From the IMG/VR virus record IMGVR_UViG_3300037189_015081, positions 32,001-96,000 of that record: a stretch of 64,000 nt of DNA, one strand, 5' to 3'. The notes below the pieces were generated by a model, which ran no database searches, was not told the origin of the DNA, and saw only the letters and a program-made list of their open reading frames with translations. This document shows, one piece after another, positions 61,601-64,000 of this stretch (position 1 is its first letter; every line of letters begins with the position of its first letter). The position numbers and the translations under genes were made by a program. The stretch is from a virus.

Positions 61601-62498
61601 GATAAGTAGCGGATCGCCAAAGGCGTTCCACAACCTGGTGCAGATCCAGGCTCCAGCCGGGGCGACACAGGAGCAGATCGCAGACGCGATCCACCGGGCT
61701 GGTGTTGTCGACACGCGACCGGCAACTCCTGCGGACGCAAGAATTCTTATCGAGAATCGTCTAATGAGCATCTTTGACTCAAAGGTAGACGCCACGAAGA
61801 ACCTGTCTGGCGCAGAGCGCGAGGCAAGCCTGAAGCGAATTGCTGACAAGTACGGTATCACACCGGACGACGTCGTCATGGCAACCGGCGCAGCTGGTCG
61901 CATCGAGACGCGCCTGAGCCCCGAAGGAGCGCAAAAGATTGTCCAGGCAACTGGAAACCCGACGGCGATTCAGCACAATGTTACTGTTCCGTTCTTTGGT
62001 AGCAACATTTCCGATGAAGAAAAGGCGCAGAAGCTGGCCGAGTGGATCGCAAATCTATTAGCTACTCCTCAAGGTGGTCTTCTGTCTACGACAGTTCGCT
62101 GGACTGAGGGAGTCGGTGGAAGTGGAATGTCAAGTCAGAAGGACGTAACCACTGGCGGAGCTGACTACGTGTTCACCAAGCCAGTCAAGCACATCTGGGA
62201 CAAGGTTGGTTATGGCGTAGTTGTCTACTTCGATCCAGCCAAGTTGTATGAGCGCCTAGACTTCTACGCCAACTACAGTGACAACTTCGGTAAGCGCCAT
62301 TCCTCGCAGGACATTCTAAAGGCCGCGAATGTTGGAGCGTATGAGTTGATGTTTAAGAACCGCGTGTCCTTTGACGCGGCAACAAAGATTCTTGTTCCAA
62401 GTCAGGATATTCGCACCAGAATTATTACTATTCTTCGTCAGAGGGGGATCACCGAGATCGGTGGTATGCCTCTTGAGCAAGCAATTATCGCAGGTTAG
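55659..62498 (+). CDS. 2279-aa multi-domain head-region protein: ADP-ribosyltransferase-like, HipA/PI-kinase-like, two SH3-like and a C-terminal ART-like domain
   Basis: RDRHGQF; LYRG...SFST...EGE; GSNPGG..YYVK..ENE..NWD....DN..VDPG; GMQV...TGTIV..YVYVQYPDG (two copies); GLLST..GGADYVFT..YELMFK. Confidence 0.75.
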   Translation: MNEFLNALITKIDGEPVKSTVKPHDSASLRKAIAELAASENTLVPAERRVTARDIETVAARSLTATAGMERQVRFFRAYRDVAAFVSMAIHGKVREGDVRNRDLLPVGHPLSERRHAMTASAHATAYARWVAADPRIAESARELVTSAYLAPVSSIEYTHATTRLRAMTAGAVPQDVLLALSETVLPIIAVGNPFTGNNSSLARSLRARMQHRDRHGQFAFEGGGIQFFLKSPKGVTSVTGRFAGNSSTSNAFIVEVHNDPVLKNGLYAVPAADSEATKAYLPLPGGAENQATYVTPPSGVKVAELGDLTPMQAPDGWTLIHEKKPGESGPDRVYKTEDGYSVAVFDAGANKDEVNGFIKDGANPYFKSVTNTKYKKAEPDAASVWYKPFDQNAVQVPQAAAGKWSSDEPFYFTFRDATDHTDKQWVGLSQSWADVNDLVQADQPKFEKAYGDIVSGKESAAQKKIEQDKLDAENAKKKEATTAEVLAHNDAARAQIAANLADGKDAVGNDLPGGWTPVANDAVLNPTPSQTWTKPDGSQGAYFLESAKIDPSKAYSYEYTSNGVKFTVTNNEDGSLQINGADAPDWNAAIKMASEAAAGKKAADIYEAKKAVASFDPNGDIAAAIDAGASPSEINAMLDESPEYKQFLTGLHGAEMADFPNAGDKALIEQSKQLGAAIQALGTHDTAPGLDPAYADYSDEQLLKALNARIAEGTSSDNLKKIENLTNELKARGVENIPSLQTDEEKAQAKAEAKAAAQAGEPAWNIPDGAFKLVHPEDYQPEGRIDEVASDYTDDPKVLANKFNAAELKDALAEAVLGVNDSFIEDIINSPVDENIDEEAAPQKGKPGPKKKKPETPVEGSGFGKLAFKGGDEFVPADALYNALIEQGVDAQMYLAELYDYNTGENKNVSILDAFRNNKPEEVKAAEPKAVIDNFDQGVPPAEDVVANPDAAARVANLSPAAVAQLEELSKQPDSNPHINEIADYVKSIEDNNAPINHFIGIIDKFAPWAIDGTPEQKDAFRALWGVMLSLDGGYGSQENYQGSDFYMTLHDAIMKYQGSSPTSAEFRKLLAELGSFADWKKDKTAIANGSVDAANSDGIAALSYRLMAQLSSPNTTDLYRGIQANVGSDKLAAYTGEGNILSFDPRSFSTGRNTAASFAGVFGNSGELAAVIFHIPTGDGVSVGVSDISPYQEEGEQLAWGNYKVVSVKKTMNGDKPIYEVTLGKVDENAAVLNGQSSDYSKLLTPNEDVSLPEFAYTPNPEPYTPQGINVDGVPAGVTDNPADIAKQFDVTELEHAFESGIIDGSGKAILEFPADGGYMAVVDVEAIRDALQIHGVDTNEILKSISSDELMADTAQSPVSAPENKEAVTAPGVVDVSGWTKIGNQAGSNPGGFYQDENGNKYYVKYPLTDLHGENEALASELYKLAGVDSAQQLIGRDGQGNLVTVSPLIPDAKADMADRLKNPDYKKKLQDGFAIDAWLANWDVAGLGFDNVVTDANGDPVRVDPGGALLFRAMGNPKGGAFGDTVPELDSLRDPNKNSKSAAVFGDMTTEQQIDSARKLLDITPDQIDQLVDSMITDPAARDKLKSTLKARRDYILDRYGLNGNAPEAAPSAPETSVPETPAGEVKRITSDGAEISIGMQVGHKKSGETGTIVKYDKGNPKYVYVQYPDGTIKNTSTNQLVSKNSGGGGGNGGTETPSAPETPSVGEPNAVETLANPTSTPDLQKTQGEEALTPPPGAMTIKDSTGGDVWAGLEVTDKNGATATVVRVNKDNYAEVQFPDGKKAWRSGKTLTATGNQGKAAITPAKIKTGKVTPAGTAPVVVQEQLDWNTPQIDGTPSLGTILSDVVNGTGPNRGMAGASAAVDSDSIEDLDVRVMHVKDVNGTDGVRLKFKLTAWAGNNKVKELLKMSDAELAAAGVQKFNGIKIEKIMVDANGVGRVVPNEYGFQDYAGQAFKITTPDGITITLYRANTTSGSAISSGSPKAFHNLVQIQAPAGATQEQIADAIHRAGVVDTRPATPADARILIENRLMSIFDSKVDATKNLSGAEREASLKRIADKYGITPDDVVMATGAAGRIETRLSPEGAQKIVQATGNPTAIQHNVTVPFFGSNISDEEKAQKLAEWIANLLATPQGGLLSTTVRWTEGVGGSGMSSQKDVTTGGADYVFTKPVKHIWDKVGYGVVVYFDPAKLYERLDFYANYSDNFGKRHSSQDILKAANVGAYELMFKNRVSFDAATKILVPSQDIRTRIITILRQRGITEIGGMPLEQAIIAG

Positions 62499-62509
62499 GA
62501 AAAGACACA

Positions 62510-63178
62510 ATGGCTGACAATCGCAAATTGACCCTGGTTCCAGTAGACAATCGTCTCACGGATGGCTTCGTCCAGGGACCCTGTGTGTTCGTAACCGAGG
62601 ATGACGAAGGAAATGTCGCGTATGTTCCGATCTATGCGGTTACTCTTGAGATCATTGACGGGCAGTACCATGTCGGCGCCGCTGAGGTTTCTGGAACACG
62701 TTACTACCCGATCGACAAGGTCTCGGACGTGAAAATCAGTGACGCTCGCGGGACACTAACCTTCTCGAGCTACGGTAATATCTATAAGGTACGTGCGTTC
62801 CAAGAGTCAGACGGTTCCTGGGCCTCACGGTTTGGCGCTGTTGTGCCTGTAGAATCATTAGAGGAGCGATACATGGCCGAGGTCGAGAACGCGTTTTCTC
62901 CCAACGCGCCGGCGGATGATGAAAATCTTTACGCCGCTATTGACGAGAACACCAATGAGGTAAAGTACCTCGTGTACTCCTGCGCAAGCGGTCTTTACAT
63001 TCGCTCAAATGGCGGATGGTTTGCTCTCCCGTCAGATGACGAATCCCTGGACAATCTCATTGTTGACGAGATGGACCCCAAGGTTATTAAGATTTTTGAC
63101 CTCGCCGAGGCGGAAAACGAAACACTCATGTCGGACGACGTGCAGAAGTACGCGGTCGCATTTCGGAATGGACAGTAA
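62510..63178 (+). CDS. Acidic hypothetical protein
   Basis: AGGA RBS; directly follows the giant gene. Confidence 0.7.
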   Translation: MADNRKLTLVPVDNRLTDGFVQGPCVFVTEDDEGNVAYVPIYAVTLEIIDGQYHVGAAEVSGTRYYPIDKVSDVKISDARGTLTFSSYGNIYKVRAFQESDGSWASRFGAVVPVESLEERYMAEVENAFSPNAPADDENLYAAIDENTNEVKYLVYSCASGLYIRSNGGWFALPSDDESLDNLIVDEMDPKVIKIFDLAEAENETLMSDDVQKYAVAFRNGQ

Positions 63179-64000
63179 TGGCTGAGTTTCTTGGATCGCA
63201 GGGTTCATATGTTCTATTTAGCAATGGAGCAAATGGCGCAATCGTCGATACCGCGCTGAACATCGTTGTAGAGACAGGCGACGCTCGTACTATTTTTTCT
63301 GCTGGAGAGTGGAGTCTGTCTCCTGTAGAAGTAAGTCAAGCTGCCCGCGATCTCGCCGATGCGGCCATGTCGTCGCTTGACATCCGCGTAATCACTGCTT
63401 CTGGTCGCATGTACACGATCCCTAAGGGTGTACAGGCCGAGGCACAGCGCGCACTTGACTGGCACAAGGAATTTAATCGCGGCGGAACCCCTGTAGGTCT
63501 AGGCATGGCACGCACTCTTGCCGAGGGCGGACAGATTGGTATCGAGCGTGTTCGTCACATCGCGAAGTATTTTCCACGTCACGAAGTTGACAAGAAGGCG
63601 ACAGGTTACCAGCCTGGAGAGGACGGGTTCCCTTCAGCTGGCCGTATCGCCTGGGCTCTTTGGGGCGGGGACGCCGGGTGGCGCTGGGCTAGCGTAATCG
63701 TTGATCGCGAAAATAAGAAGGCCGTGACAGCTGATGGACTCGGCTATGAGCCGTCACCAGCAGTAGACTTTGACTATGACGCTGATCTTGACGCATTCCA
63801 CGCGGCTAATGAGCTCGATGAAGGTGTTGGACCAGAGTTCATCGCCCGTGTGCGCATGGACGGTTCAGGTATCGACCGTCTGTACCGCGTTGACATCGAC
63901 GGTCAGGTTTACGTATGGGACGACCTTTCCTGGGACGATCTCGGGCACGTCAATGGCGACATCTATACCTATGACCGTGCGCTCGACGACCCGTACGACA
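63178..64000 (+). CDS. 3'-truncated head-morphogenesis-region protein
   Basis: TAATG coupling; IPKGVQAEAQRALDW...GGTPVG...YFPRHEVDK...PSAGRIAWALWGGDAG; frame stays open to the window end. Confidence 0.7.
   Translation, partial: MAEFLGSQGSYVLFSNGANGAIVDTALNIVVETGDARTIFSAGEWSLSPVEVSQAARDLADAAMSSLDIRVITASGRMYTIPKGVQAEAQRALDWHKEFNRGGTPVGLGMARTLAEGGQIGIERVRHIAKYFPRHEVDKKATGYQPGEDGFPSAGRIAWALWGGDAGWRWASVIVDRENKKAVTADGLGYEPSPAVDFDYDADLDAFHAANELDEGVGPEFIARVRMDGSGIDRLYRVDIDGQVYVWDDLSWDDLGHVNGDIYTYDRALDDPYD

Overview
The whole window reads as part of a large tailed-phage genome, most likely infecting Actinobacteria. The host inference rests on GAAAGGA ribosome-binding sites, many leaderless TANNNT-N6-ATG starts, and DUF3039/DUF1360-like genes. 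Layout: (1) 1-20 kb: a PA14-type protein end, thermonuclease, thioredoxin and glycosyltransferase, then a long block of collagen-like and paralogous tail-fibre/tail-collar genes that share an N-terminal FPSSPTNGQ peptide. (2) 20.2-21.5 kb: an M15-type endolysin that ends in a holin-like two-helix membrane domain. (3) 21.5-27.2 kb: mostly minus-strand small genes, followed by a repeat-rich, origin-like divergent intergenic region. (4) 27.7-32.2 kb: glycosyltransferase, a probable small terminase, and a CHAP-like protein lacking its catalytic Cys. (5) 31.6-47 kb: the most striking feature, an array of about 23 same-orientation cassettes. Each opens with CCTGATATAAT (a perfect extended -10, often inside a TGATATA-N5/6-TATATCA palindrome), usually followed by an ACGACGAAAGGA leader and one or a few short genes; a MoxR/CbbQ ATPase and VWA pair is among them. 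(6) 47.8-64 kb: tRNA-Pro, a PNK-like kinase, large terminase, a candidate structured ncRNA, portal, and a 2279-aa multi-enzyme protein with ADP-ribosyltransferase-like and kinase-like domains. All family assignments come from motif recognition by eye; no searches were run.
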